A DNA stretch of 64,000 nucleotides. Origin: an uncultured Planctomycetota bacterium. GTDB taxonomy: Bacteria; Planctomycetota; Planctomycetia; Isosphaerales; Isosphaeraceae. Position numbers and translations under genes: made by a program. The DNA lies in assembly GCA_963823665.1 (NCBI GenBank), contig CAWGMQ010000011.1, positions 960,001 through 1,024,000 on the forward strand. Direction: 5' to 3'. Under the pieces are notes generated by a model that saw nothing but the letters and a program-made list of their open reading frames with translations, had not been told where the DNA came from and ran no database searches. Positions 53,394 through 64,000 of the stretch are shown here, piece after piece (within the stretch, counting starts at the first letter, position 1; every line of letters begins with the position of its first letter).

Positions 53394-54487
53394 TTAATAC
53401 TGATCGGCGCTGATAACTTCGCCACCGTTGCGCGTGGCGAGCTGTTGATAGACTCCCTCGAGCGCGCCGTTATTCGTGAACAGCCAGTTCGTGGAGTCAA
53501 ACCCGATGCCATCCGGCGCGGAATCGCCATAGGAATCGGCGTTACCCGTAGCAAAGGTCCACGAGCTGATCGAATTCTTGATGAAGCGCACCGAGCCGTC
53601 GGCGAACCCGAAATTGAGCCCCCCAGGATGCAAGCTTGAACCCATGGCGGCGCGTAGTAGTAGTAGCTCGGGATCGACGTCGACGAACTCGAGATGTTGG
53701 GAGGATAGAAGGTTGACACCATCGTGTCATAGTACTGCCCGGTGTTCCACGAGCCGTCGGAGATGGAGTAGGCCGGGTCGACCTTCACGAGCAGCGATTT
53801 CGCTCGCTCGCCGAAGAGGAACGTGTTGCTGGTTCCGTCGGTGATCGCTGCGATCTTGACGGCGCTGTCGTCATAGATCAAGCCGTTCATCTGCGAGAGG
53901 ACCTGGCTCGGATTCGTCGATTTGATTCCGATGTAGTACTTGCTGATGAAGGTTCCGCTGCAGCCGCCATAGCTTGTGAACGCCTGGTTATATATGGGAG
54001 ACGTCGGGAACACATCGTAGCCGTAGTTCCAGCCCGGCGTCGTGCCGTAGGCTGGGGCCGGCAAAATCGGCGCCGAGTCGGTCAAGTCGCTGGGGCAAGC
54101 CAGAGACGCGATCTTCACGCCCGCGATCGTGATGTTCTGGACGTTGTATCGCGTGAGATTGAAATTCGTCGCGCTATACATAGGCGCCTGCTCGAAATAA
54201 GGCAGCATGTGGACGAAGCAGCTAAAGTTCGCACTCCAGTAGTTGTGGAACGGGTCCCACGAGCTGTACGCCCCGCCGGGCAGCACGCCAGTGGCCTGTT
54301 CGTAGTTAAGCGCGGCAAGGCCGAGCTGCTTGAGATTGTTCGTGCACTGGGCACGCCGGGCGGCTTCCCGCGCGGATTGGACGGCCGGCAACAGCAGAGC
54401 GATCAATACGGCGATGATCGCAATCACGACGAGCAGTTCGATCAGCGTAAAGCCGCGAGAGGAACGTGTTGTCGATCTTGACGTCAT
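53394..54487 (-). CDS. DUF1559 prepilin-type protein (frameshift near 53650)
   Basis: [38 protein letters not shown] and [16 protein letters not shown] motifs. Confidence 0.92.
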
Positions 54488-54941
54488 GCGAGGCGACTCC
54501 TGGAAGGATAGAAAATCAATCGATCATGAGAAATCGTGTGTGCTCCGCCGGCCGCTGTCACTCAAGATCGGATTCCGAAATAAGCAAACGCAATCTCGAG
54601 CAACTCAGTCAAGGAACCACCGGCGGTTCTCGCGGCCAAAAAATGATCCGTGCGGGCGAGGCGTCGTTGCCGAGGGTCCCTCGATTGAACGACAAGACGA
54701 TAACGTATGTCATGACTAAAATCAATCGACTCATGATGCGACATTTTTTGCTTGCATGCGACTCGAAGAAAGAACCGCGAAGACCTCATGAAGGGATCGT
54801 GCTGCCCGACCCGCAAATCCGGCAAAATCCATAAGCTCCGCAATGTGAGGCGTCCGCAGCGGGATCTTTGGCGTTAACGTGCCTGATTGCCTCCACGTTC
54901 CCGTCGACACGCAGCCTCTCTTACGCTAGTCACGCGCAACT

Positions 54942-57285
54942 CTATGTTCCGCTGCGCTCGTACAGTTTTTTGAGGATTTCCTCACTGGTTGCTGGCAAGT
55001 TCAAGCCAACTGGCCCCCTGGCCGCCGTACTGGCAACGGCCTGCCTGGCCGCGGCCCAGACGCTGAGCCCGAGCACAAGCGGCGGTTCACCCACCGCCTT
55101 GCTGCCCAGAAGATTGATCGGGTTCTCTGAATCTTCAAGGAACGCGACTCGAAAATCAGGCGGGATGCATTCGACGGAAGGGATCTTGTACTTGTTTGCC
55201 GAATCCGTGAGCAGCTCGCCGCTTTCGGAGTAGAGCACTTCTTCGGTTGTGGCCCAGCCCATTCCTTGCACAAATCCGCCGATGGTCTGGCCGCGGTCGA
55301 TGGCCGGATTGATCGAGCGGCCAAGGTCGATCAGGATGTCCACCCGCGTGACCGAAAGCTCACCCGTGAATCGGTCGATCACGACTTCGGAAACGGCTGC
55401 TCCGCTCGTGTAGTAAAGGAACGGGGCGCCCCGGCCGGACTGACGGTCGAATTTGATGCCGGGAGTCGCGTAGAATCCTCTGCGCCCAGGTCCACGCGAT
55501 CCGCGTACGCCAGGCGCACGAGTTCGCTGAAAGCGATCCGACGTTCGGGCCGGCGCGTGTCAAACACGCATCCATTATCGAAACTGATCTCCGGGACCGC
55601 CGCGGGCATGGTCGAGTCCGCTGCAAGGTGACGCGCTGCAACTACGGCGAGCCGCTCCTTGAGGACCTCGCAGGCGCGGAGGGCGGCCGTACCGTTCAGA
55701 TCGGTGGAAGCCGAGGCGGCGGTGGGTGAGGTGTTGGAATTCTTCTCAGTCGACGTGGCCGTAACCCGAACCGCCTCGATCGGCAGCGAGAAACTGTCGG
55801 CCACCACTTGGCTGATCTTGGTGAAAAGGCCTTGCCCCATCTCCGTGCCGCCAGTCGAGACCTGGATGGTTCCGTCCAGGTAGATATTGACCAGGGCACT
55901 GGCCTGGTTCAGAACCGAGTGCGTGAACGAGATGCCGAACTTGACCGGCACGAGCGCGATTCCGCGCAGGTGGGTCACGGAGGCCGCATTCCACCGCGCT
56001 GCCGCCTCGCGGCGACTTTCGTAGTCTGATGAGACAACCAGCTCTTCGAACAGCGCGGCAGCGTGTTCCGGGCGACGACCTGGCCATAGGGGGTGACGTC
56101 GCGGCCCACCTCGCCGTAGCAGTTCCTGCGCCGTACATGAAGGGGGTCGATCCCCAGGAAAGCGGCGACGTCTTCGATCACGTTCTCGATCGCCGCGATG
56201 CCCTGCGGCGCGCCGAAGCCGCGCATGGCGGTGTTCGGCGGCAGATTCGTCCGGCAAACTCTGCCGCAGACCGAAAAGTGCGGAATGTAGTACGCGTTGT
56301 CGGCATGGAGCATCGAGCGATCCATCACGGCCAGTGACAGGTCGCAAGCACAGCCTCCGTCGGAGTAGAGCTCGAGCACGAGAGCGTCGATGCGCCCGTC
56401 GGACGAGAATCCGGCCTGATATCGCGCCAGGTAGGGATGCCGTTTGCCTGTGATTCGCATGTCAAGGCTGCGCGGGTAAACGAGGCGGGCAGGCCGGCCC
56501 GTCCGGTGCGCCACCAGTGCAGCGATCACCGCCGGCCCGGCTGCCTGTGATTCCTTGCCGCCGAAAGCCCCGCCCATCCGGGTCGCCATGCAGGTGACCT
56601 GGTTCTGGCGCAGGCCCAGGCAGTGCGCCACGAGCGCCTGGACCTCGCTGGGGTGCTGCGTCGAGGAATAAACCGAGATCGAGCCGTTTTCGCCGGGAAT
56701 GGCCAGCGCCGCCTGCGTTTCGAGGTAAAAGTGCTCCTGAGCGCCGGTGCGCAGGCCGCCCTCGATTCGATGCTCGGCTTGCTCGAGCGCCGTGGCGGCG
56801 TCGCCCCGCGCGATCCGCCGCGGGCCGCACAGAAACTCTCCGGCGTCAATCGCCTGTTCGATCGAGACAATGGCCGGCAAGGGCTCGAGCTCGATCTTCA
56901 CGGCGCTGCGGCCAAGCTTGAGCGCCCTCCGGGTCTCGCCCGCCACTGCAACGATCGGCTGCGCGGAGTAGCGACATTCGCGCGACGCGAGCAGCTCTTC
57001 ATCGTGGACGACCGGGCCGAATTGGTTGTCGCCGGGGACATCGGCCGCGGTGAAGACGGCCGCGATTCCCGGAATGCGAGCCGCCGCCGTGACGTCGAGC
57101 AATGTGATCCGCGCATGGGCAAGCGCGCTCGTCACCAGCTCGACGGCAAGCTCATTGCGGAAGCGCGGCAGGTCGTCGAGATAGCGAATGGTGCCCGTGA
57201 CGCCCGCATGCGAGCCTTCGTGCGGCACTGATCGGCCTACCCACGAATGCGGGGCGAGAAACTGGTCCGCGGCTTTATTCTCCAC
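54942..57285 (-). CDS. xdhB: xanthine dehydrogenase molybdopterin subunit (frameshifts near 56060 and 55480)
   Basis: QEHFYLE, RMGGAFGGKESQ, TAMRGFGAPQG, TEMGQGL and SKAVGEPP motifs. Confidence 0.9.
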
Positions 57286-58720
57286 GTGGGGCCTCCTCGG
57301 GCTGGGCGATTCCCGTTTCATGGAAGAATTTGAGCAGAACGTTCTCGGCAAGCTGGAGGCGATACTCGCTCTTGCCGCGCACGTCGGAGATCGGCTCGAC
57401 CTCGGACCGCGCAAGCTCGCCCGCGTGGCGGAAGGTCGACTCGGAGAACGTCTGTCCAACCAGAAAGCTCTCGGTCCGGGGATGCCTGGCGGCGGTCGGG
57501 CCGACTCCCGAAAAAGCGATGGCGGCCGCGTGGATCAGACCGCCGCGCTCTTCGATCCGGATCGCCGCACGAAAGGTTGACGTGTCGATCTCCTTGCGCT
57601 TGGAGATCTTGTAGAGTTTGACGAGCTCATTCGCCCCGGGCAGTGGAATGAGGACCCTGGTGATCAGCTCTTCAGGCGCCAGGCTCGTCTGCCTGGGCCC
57701 TTTGTGGAAGCCGTCGACCTGCACTCGCCGCATGCCACCTGGGCCGGCAAGCTCGAGCTCGGCCTGCATCACCAGCAAAAAGCAGAGCGAATCGGCAACG
57801 GGAGACCCGTAAGCAATGTTGCCCACCAGCGTGCCGGCGTTCCGGATCTGGGGCGAGCCAAAACGCTCTGAGAGCGCGTGAAGCAGCGGAAGCTTGTCGC
57901 GCACGAACTCCTGGAGGTCGGTCCAGGAGACGGTCGCGCCCACGGAAAGAAGCTCGCGTTCTTGTGTGATTTGCCGCAGCTCGCTGATTCGCGATAACGA
58001 GAGGAGGTGCGGCGGCTCGGACCCGCTGCGGTTTCGCGCCAGACCGGTTTCCGTTCCTCCGGCAACGACGAGCGCGCCGGAGTGCTGCGCACGGAATGCG
58101 ATCGCGTCGCCGAGATTGACGGGGGAGAAAAAGACTCGGCCGTCGTGCTCCAGGCGAATTGGTAACGCAGCACGATCGGCTAGCTCCCGGGCCATCTCCT
58201 GCGACGGATAGCGGGATTCGAGCGAGGGAACGCTCGCGTGATCGAGGGCGAGCCCCGCCTCGAGGATGGGTAGATAACCGGTGCAACGGCAGAGATTCCC
58301 GGTGAGACCGGCACGAAGCGCGGTAACGTCAACGGGTCTCTTCGCCTCGAGGAGTCCCTCGAGGGCGGCGACCATTCCCGGCGTGCAATAGCCGCACTGC
58401 AAAGCGTGATGGTCGACCATCGCCTGCTGGACGGGGCTGAGCCCCCCGGCGGGCGTGAGGCCTTCGATGGTGACGACGTGCGTGCCATCGAGCTGATACA
58501 TCGCCTGCAAGCAGCTCGCGATTGCTCGGTAGCGGAGCGAGCCTTCGAAAGGACGCCCCACCAGCACGGTGCACGCCCCGCAGTCGCCCTCTCCACAGCC
58601 GATTTTTGTACCTGGGAGGCTGCATTCCTCGCGCAGGAATTCGACGAGCGTGCGAAATGCGCGACCGCCTTCGACGATCACGCGCTTCCCATTCAAATAG
58701 ATGAGGACGTGATCGGGCAT
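57275..58720 (-). CDS. xdhA: xanthine dehydrogenase small subunit (2Fe-2S + FAD)
   Basis: GCGEGDCGAC, QCGYCTPG, NLCRCTGY, QIRNAGT and YKISKR motifs. Confidence 0.92.
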   Translation of the reverse strand: MPDHVLIYLNGKRVIVEGGRAFRTLVEFLREECSLPGTKIGCGEGDCGACTVLVGRPFEGSLRYRAIASCLQAMYQLDGTHVVTIEGLTPAGGLSPVQQAMVDHHALQCGYCTPGMVAALEGLLEAKRPVDVTALRAGLTGNLCRCTGYLPILEAGLALDHASVPSLESRYPSQEMARELADRAALPIRLEHDGRVFFSPVNLGDAIAFRAQHSGALVVAGGTETGLARNRSGSEPPHLLSLSRISELRQITQERELLSVGATVSWTDLQEFVRDKLPLLHALSERFGSPQIRNAGTLVGNIAYGSPVADSLCFLLVMQAELELAGPGGMRRVQVDGFHKGPRQTSLAPEELITRVLIPLPGANELVKLYKISKRKEIDTSTFRAAIRIEERGGLIHAAAIAFSGVGPTAARHPRTESFLVGQTFSESTFRHAGELARSEVEPISDVRGKSEYRLQLAENVLLKFFHETGIAQPEEAPRGE

Positions 58721-58844
58721 GTCCAGTTCGCGGTGAAGAATTGATGAGGATTCTAGCGGTCAGGGAGGGCCTGGGTCAACTGGCGGCGGTTGCCGGTTGC
58801 ACGGCCGGGCGCGGTATAATCGTATGTACGGAGGTGCCACGACC

Positions 58845-59399
58845 ATGACCATCTCTTCGAGAACCCCGGAAGGCGAACCCGCCGTCTGCCCGATCTGTGA
58901 CACCGCGTTCACAGCCGAGCCCTCCTACCCGTGCGGCGATGCGCCCTGTCCGTGCTGCGGGCACCTGATCTGGTTTGACCGGCATACGACTCCTGAGGTG
59001 AGACCGACATTTGAGGTTTTTCCGCCGAGGTGGTCGGTGCGCCCCGCCGCGGCGGTGGCGCGACCGGTTCTTGGCGACGGGCCGCATGTGGGGGAACTCG
59101 GGGCGGCGGGTCGTGGGCGTGCGGTATTCACGAGTCCCACCGAAAACGTTCACTACGCCGCTGGCATTGTGGCCTTTTGCATGGTCGCCGTTGCGCTCGG
59201 CTGGAAGCCATTTGTATCTCATTCGTTCGTCACATTCTGTTTGGATCTGTGCTCGATGGCGGTCGTGGTGGCGTTCATCGTGGTCATCTACGCGCGTCTG
59301 GCGTGGGTCGTAGGCTTGCTCTGGGCGAGGTGCGTGTCCGGAGTGGAGGCTGGAGGATCAAGTTTTGGCGGGGTGTGGGACCGGGATCTGGACGGGTGA
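58845..59399 (+). CDS. zinc-ribbon plus two-TM hypothetical protein
   Basis: RBS GGAGG; SSRTPEG..CPIC..GDAPCPCCGHLIWF; two TM segments; ends GVWDRDLDG. Confidence 0.65.
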   Translation: MTISSRTPEGEPAVCPICDTAFTAEPSYPCGDAPCPCCGHLIWFDRHTTPEVRPTFEVFPPRWSVRPAAAVARPVLGDGPHVGELGAAGRGRAVFTSPTENVHYAAGIVAFCMVAVALGWKPFVSHSFVTFCLDLCSMAVVVAFIVVIYARLAWVVGLLWARCVSGVEAGGSSFGGVWDRDLDG

Positions 59400-59549
59400 T
59401 TCCGGCGTGCGTCGGTTGACCAGCGTGCGCAACAACGAGCGTCTAGCGGCGGAAGTGTATCTGCCATCATAATGGTGGCTCGCCTTTCTAGACGAATCAC
59501 ACGACCAGTCAATCTGCCCTCCCGCCTCAATCGAATCAAGGAGCCGACG

Positions 59550-60197
59550 ATGTTCGAGATGATCTCACGCCGCTCGTTCAGTGCTGCGACCACGGGGCTG
59601 GTGCTGGGATCAGCGGCCGGCAGCGCTGCGGCGGATGACCAGAAGAAGCCGGCGGCTCCCGCAAGTGCGGCTACGGCCCCGCACCCGGTCGAATCGTCGT
59701 TTGATCGCGATTATCCGCCGCCGGGTTTCAAGCCTTCGTGGAAGAACCCGCAGATCAACCGGCTGTTCGTGCAGGACTTCGTCATCTATGCGCACTCGGA
59801 GCTGGATATGGTCAAGAAGCTGCTTGACCGCCAACCGGCCGTGCTCAACGCGGCGGTGGACTGGGGAAACGGAGACTGGGAGACCGGGCTGGGCGGAGCG
59901 TCGCACATGGGGCGGCGCGATATCGTCGAGTATCTGCTCGATCGCGGCGCACGCATCGACATTTTCTGCGCCGCGATGATGGGGCAGCTCGATGCGGTCA
60001 AATCGTTCTTGACGCTGCAGCCCAAGTTGATCGATGCCAAAGGCCCGCATGGGTTCACGCTCCATTTCCACGCACAAGTCGGAGGCAAAGACGCCGAACC
60101 CGTGCTCGACTACCTGCAATCGATCAAACGGATCGAGCTGAAGCCGAATCCGTTTCTCAAGAAAGCGGCGGCGCCTGCGGCGAAGACCGGGAAATGA
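59550..60197 (+). CDS. Tat-exported ankyrin-like protein
   Basis: SRRSF signal; LDMVKKLL, ASHMGRRDIVEYLLDRGA and GPHGFTL motifs. Confidence 0.75.
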   Translation: MFEMISRRSFSAATTGLVLGSAAGSAAADDQKKPAAPASAATAPHPVESSFDRDYPPPGFKPSWKNPQINRLFVQDFVIYAHSELDMVKKLLDRQPAVLNAAVDWGNGDWETGLGGASHMGRRDIVEYLLDRGARIDIFCAAMMGQLDAVKSFLTLQPKLIDAKGPHGFTLHFHAQVGGKDAEPVLDYLQSIKRIELKPNPFLKKAAAPAAKTGK

Positions 60198-60306
60198 AGA
60201 GGTCGCCGTTCTGCCATGTGCGCACTTCGTCGACGCAACGAGCGTAGCGAGGCGCATTCGAGAGAATTGTGGGAGTGAACACGCCGTTTGATGGAGTGGA
60301 ATCGCG

Positions 60307-61314
60307 ATGTCCGGGAAACTCACGACACGCCGGAGGTTGGGGACGGGCGGTCCGCAGGTCTCGTCGATCGGGCTGGGCTGCATGGGGATGAGCGAGTTTT
60401 ATGACCCGTCGAAAATGGACGACGCCGAGTCGATTCGCGTCATTCATCACTATCTCGATTCAGGCGGCAACTTCCTGGACACGGCCGACGTGTACGGAAC
60501 GGGCCGCAACGAGCTGCTCGTGGGCAAGGCCATCGCCGGACGCCGTGATCAGGTGGTTCTGGCCACAAAGTTCGGCAACGTGCGCGGACCGGGCGGAGAA
60601 TTCCTGGGCGTTCGCGGCGATCCGGAATACGTGACAGCCTGCTGCGACGGAAGCCTCAAACGGCTGGGCGTCGATGTGATTGACCTGTATTACCAGCACC
60701 GGGTCGACCCGGCGACACCGGTCGAGGAAACCGTCGGCGCGATGGCAGAGCTGGTGCGCGCGGGGAAAGTGCTGTACCTGGGCCTATCCGAAGCCGCTCC
60801 GGGAACGATCCGGCGCGCGGCGAAGGTGCACGCGATCGCCGCGCTTCAGACCGAGTATTCACTGTGGAGCCGCGAGCCCGAGGACCAGATTCTGGCGACC
60901 GTTCGCGAGCTGGGGATCGCCTTCGTTGCGTACAGCCCTCTGGGTCGCGGGTTCTTGACGGGGGCGTTCCAGAAGCTCGACGACCTGGCTGCAGACGATT
61001 TTCGCCGCAACGCGCCGAGGTTTCAGGGTGAGAACTTCCAGAAGAACGTCGAAGTGGTGCAGAAGGTACGAACGCTCGCCGCGGGCAAAGGCTGCACGCC
61101 GAGTCAGCTTGCCCTGGCGTGGGTCCTGGCGCAGGGAGAGGACATCGTGCCGATTCCCGGTACCAAGCGGATGGCGTATCTTGATGAGAACATGGGCGCA
61201 ATTGACGTGCGCCTGACTGCGGATGAATTGAAGCAGATTACCGCCGTGCTGCCTAAGGGCGTGGTATCGGGCGAGCGCTATCCCGAGCGGGCGATGAGGG
61301 CGGTGAATTTGTAA
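60307..61314 (+). CDS. aldo/keto reductase
   Basis: [29 protein letters not shown] and PIPGTKR motifs. Confidence 0.95.
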   Translation: MSGKLTTRRRLGTGGPQVSSIGLGCMGMSEFYDPSKMDDAESIRVIHHYLDSGGNFLDTADVYGTGRNELLVGKAIAGRRDQVVLATKFGNVRGPGGEFLGVRGDPEYVTACCDGSLKRLGVDVIDLYYQHRVDPATPVEETVGAMAELVRAGKVLYLGLSEAAPGTIRRAAKVHAIAALQTEYSLWSREPEDQILATVRELGIAFVAYSPLGRGFLTGAFQKLDDLAADDFRRNAPRFQGENFQKNVEVVQKVRTLAAGKGCTPSQLALAWVLAQGEDIVPIPGTKRMAYLDENMGAIDVRLTADELKQITAVLPKGVVSGERYPERAMRAVNL

Positions 61315-61362
61315 CGTCAGTGTAATGCAGTTGAAGCTGATGGTCGGCAATGATCGCGGACC

Positions 61363-62262
61363 CTACTTGGTGACGGAGACGCTGGGCATGGCTTGGCGAA
61401 AAGGTTCCAGATCCTTGTCGGTGATCGGCGTGCCGGAGAGCCAAACCGTCTTCAGGCTGGGCATCCCCTTCAACTGTTCGAGACCGTGCGCGGTGACCTT
61501 GGAATTCTGAAGGTCGACGAGTGCGAGGTTCTTGAACTCCGTGAAGTGAACGAGACCGGCGTCCGTGACCTCAAAGGTGCCTCGGCCGGTTGCGAGCTGC
61601 TTCAGCGTGTTCTGACCCTTCAGCCGAAGGAAGCCTTTGTCCGAGAAGTGGCCCTCCTGAAGCGAGAGCTCTTCGATCATCGGCAGACTGCTCAGGAGAA
61701 TGAGGCTCTCGTCCGTGATCTTCGACCCGGAAATGTGGACCTTCTTCAAGTTCTTGAGTCCGGCGAGGTGCGCGACGCCGGCGTCCGTGATCGACGTGGC
61801 GTCCCAGAAATAGAGCGATTCCAGTCCAGTCAGCTTTCCGATGTGCTTGAGTCCCTCGTCGGTCGCCTGCGTGGCATGCAGCAAGAGCGTCTTGATGCCG
61901 GGCTGGCTTGCAAGCTGGGCAAAAAGGTCGTCGCACGTCGCGAAGTTCTTGTTCTCGTAGCGTGTCCCGGTCGAATCATCGTAGACCAGGCTCACTTGTT
62001 CGATTTCCTGGAAAAACTCGTCGCCGAGGATGCTCCGGAGCCAACGAGGTGCCCACGGCTCGCTTCCGGGTGTCAATTTGCCGCTGACGAATTCGTAGTC
62101 GTAGTGGACCCATCCGCCGTGGCTCTTCACCGCAGCAACGGCCCTGGCCTGCTGTCGCGCCTTGTTCACACGCCAGCCGAGAAACACCGCGAGGATGAGG
62201 ACGAGAACCATCATGGTCCTGAGACTCATTCGCAGGTATTGTCGCGAGCGGGCGCTCAGCAT
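61363..62262 (-). CDS. membrane-anchored leucine-rich repeat protein
   Basis: RMSLRTMMVLV N-terminal anchor; repeated ITD.GL.HL..L..L. Confidence 0.85.
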   Translation of the reverse strand: MLSARSRQYLRMSLRTMMVLVLILAVFLGWRVNKARQQARAVAAVKSHGGWVHYDYEFVSGKLTPGSEPWAPRWLRSILGDEFFQEIEQVSLVYDDSTGTRYENKNFATCDDLFAQLASQPGIKTLLLHATQATDEGLKHIGKLTGLESLYFWDATSITDAGVAHLAGLKNLKKVHISGSKITDESLILLSSLPMIEELSLQEGHFSDKGFLRLKGQNTLKQLATGRGTFEVTDAGLVHFTEFKNLALVDLQNSKVTAHGLEQLKGMPSLKTVWLSGTPITDKDLEPFRQAMPSVSVTK

Positions 62263-62481
62263 GACGGCGGCCCTGGATTTGGCGATTCAAGCGATTGCAA
62301 CCTGGCCACGGGTTGGCTGTTCACAAGTGTAATCGAGACCTCGGACGTCGTCACGAGGTATTGCCTTGAGAGCTCGACTATCGAGAAGGGGAAGGCTCGC
62401 CGTCAAGACAATCCGAATGAGGGACTAAATTCGTGGCTTAGTCCGATGATTCTCCCGGAGGATGGAGACCATTTCTGATCA

Positions 62482-62583
62482 TCAAGACTCCGTGAATTCG
62501 TGCCCGGTCCACTGTTCTTCGATCCGACAATACTGGCAGCGGCCGGCGGCGCGGTCGCGCACGTTCGCGCGAATCTTAGCCAT
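62482..62583 (-). pseudogene. truncated HNH endonuclease (N-terminus only)
   Basis: MAKIRANVRDRAAGRCQYCRIEEQWTGHEFT followed by a stop; start overlaps the partner's stop codon. Confidence 0.7.
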
Positions 62584-62986
62584 GAGAGGCGGCGACGCCG
62601 AGTGAACGCATCAACTCAGTCAACGACACACCGCGCAGTTCGGCCAGTTCCGTTAGCGCCTTGAGCCGCTCCACGCCCCGGCGCTCAACCTCATCGACGA
62701 GATCGAGTAGCTCAACTTTCTCCTTCGGGGTCAACGTGCCGTCATCGCGCTTCGCCAAAAGCGACTGAACGCGATCGGTGAGCGCAGCAGGCACGCACTC
62801 GTTGATAACCAGCAGCAGCCGGGTTTCATCGATCGATGCCACTGGCGCAACGCGCTTGGCCTTCAATTCGAGGACACCAGAGGTCAATTGCTCGATTTCC
62901 TCGCGGGACTTGAGCAGATTGGCTCTCGAGAGGATTCTCGCAACGGCTGTCGATTTGGGACTCGGCGAGTGCGTCATGACCAGCAT
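62576..62986 (-). CDS. HNH-associated antitoxin-like helical protein
   Basis: ETRLLLVIN...KRDDGTLTPKE..ELL.L.DEVE...ERLKAL.ELAELRGVSL.ELM. Confidence 0.7.
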   Translation of the reverse strand: MLVMTHSPSPKSTAVARILSRANLLKSREEIEQLTSGVLELKAKRVAPVASIDETRLLLVINECVPAALTDRVQSLLAKRDDGTLTPKEKVELLDLVDEVERRGVERLKALTELAELRGVSLTELMRSLGVAASHG

Positions 62987-63226
62987 CGATTCTTCGAGAG
63001 GCGGACGCGAACCAATTGAGCGCTCTAGTTGAATCATCGAGAAATCATGCCTGCCCGTCAAGAAGCTCCGGATCTTGAGGCGGAGGGATTGGCTTTCGGC
63101 GCAGATCAACCGCACAGTTCACGGTCCGCAACAGCGGACCCCTCGCGCCCGCGAGACGGTGGCCAGGCGCGGGCTGAGCGTCGCGGGGCGATGGTCGCGC
63201 GCGAAGCGTGGGAATGAGGCGCTCGA

Positions 63227-64000
63227 TTAATGCTCGATTCTCAGACAGGGCAACGCGCCCTGCAGCTCATCCAGGCCCGCTGGCGATATTTGCGTGTGTG
63301 TTACGCGAAAGCGCCTGAGGCTCGTCAGGGCCTTCAAGTGGATCACGCCCGCATCGGTGATCTGCCAGCCGGTGAGCGTCAACGCCTCGAGCTTGGGTAG
63401 CACCTTCAGGTGCGCCAGACCAGCGTTGGTGATCTGCGCAATCGAGGCTTAACCAGGTGAGGCCGGGCAGCCCACTCAGGTGTTCCAGCCCGGCATCGGT
63501 GATCGCGCATGCCTGAAGGTCGAGAGCCCGGAGGCCATTCATACCTCTCAGACTCGCGAGGCCGTGCCCAGTAACATATGTGCATGAAATATCCAGCTCG
63601 GCCAGCCTTGGCAGGTTTTTGAGATGAACAAGGCCGTTGTCCGTGATGCAGGTGAGGTTCAGTCGTAATACCTGCAAGCTCGCGAGTCGCGCGACGCGTG
63701 CCAATCCCGCATCAGTTACCTTCGTCTCGCTCAGGATCAACTCCTCAAGTCTCGGGAGCGCCTCCAGGTGCGCCAGGCCGGCGTCTATGACACCGGTTTT
63801 GGTCAGATTGAGGGACTTCAGGCTCCTCACGATTCCAAGATGCACCAGACCGGCGTCGGTGATCCTGCACAGTGAGAGGTTGAGATCCTCGAGGGCACTC
63901 AGCGTGTTCAGATGCGCCAAACCGGAGTCGGTCAAGTCGGTGCAGGTGAGGTCCAAACGCATGAGACTTTGCATCCCTTTCAGATGGACAAGCCCATCCT
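63227..64000 (-). CDS. leucine-rich repeat protein, partial (frameshift near 63435)
   Basis: Repeated ITDAGL.HL..L..L..L.L; continues beyond the window. Confidence 0.85.

Noticed and set aside
58790..58820. Sigma70 promoter with perfect TATAAT
   Set aside because: Candidate -35 hexamers are spaced 12 or 19 nt away, so support is too weak.

Overview
GC-rich bacterial DNA, most consistent with a Planctomycetota (Isosphaeraceae-like) genome. The evidence is ECF sigma/Ser-Thr kinase pairs, LEPR-XLL-type extracellular proteins, a DUF1559 prepilin-like gene, a DUF1501 fragment and planctomycete-type LRR proteins. About a dozen otherwise intact genes carry 1-3 short frameshifts, which looks like long-read consensus error. 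The left part (about 2.9-15.7 kb) appears to be a decayed genomic island, bounded by two tmRNA-3'-end-like direct repeats and ending in a tyrosine-integrase pseudogene. It carries an ECF sigma factor, a TPR kinase and a cassette-like array in which a ~330-bp leader occurs three times. Each copy precedes a different secreted repeat protein with an N-terminal LExRxL signal and a related Lys-rich C-terminal domain; this array is the best candidate for an undescribed system. The backbone from 25 to 59 kb is a nucleobase-catabolism region: hydA, preT, preA, beta-ureidopropionase, aminotransferase, mmsA, an NCS1 transporter, adenine deaminase and xdhAB. It is interrupted by accessory genes, including a second ECF/WD40-kinase pair, an alpha/beta-hydrolase-subtilase fusion, a radical SAM gene, a lipase and transposase remnants. 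Two HNH/partner gene pairs both have broken HNH genes. No rRNA, complete tRNA/tmRNA or CRISPR array was seen.
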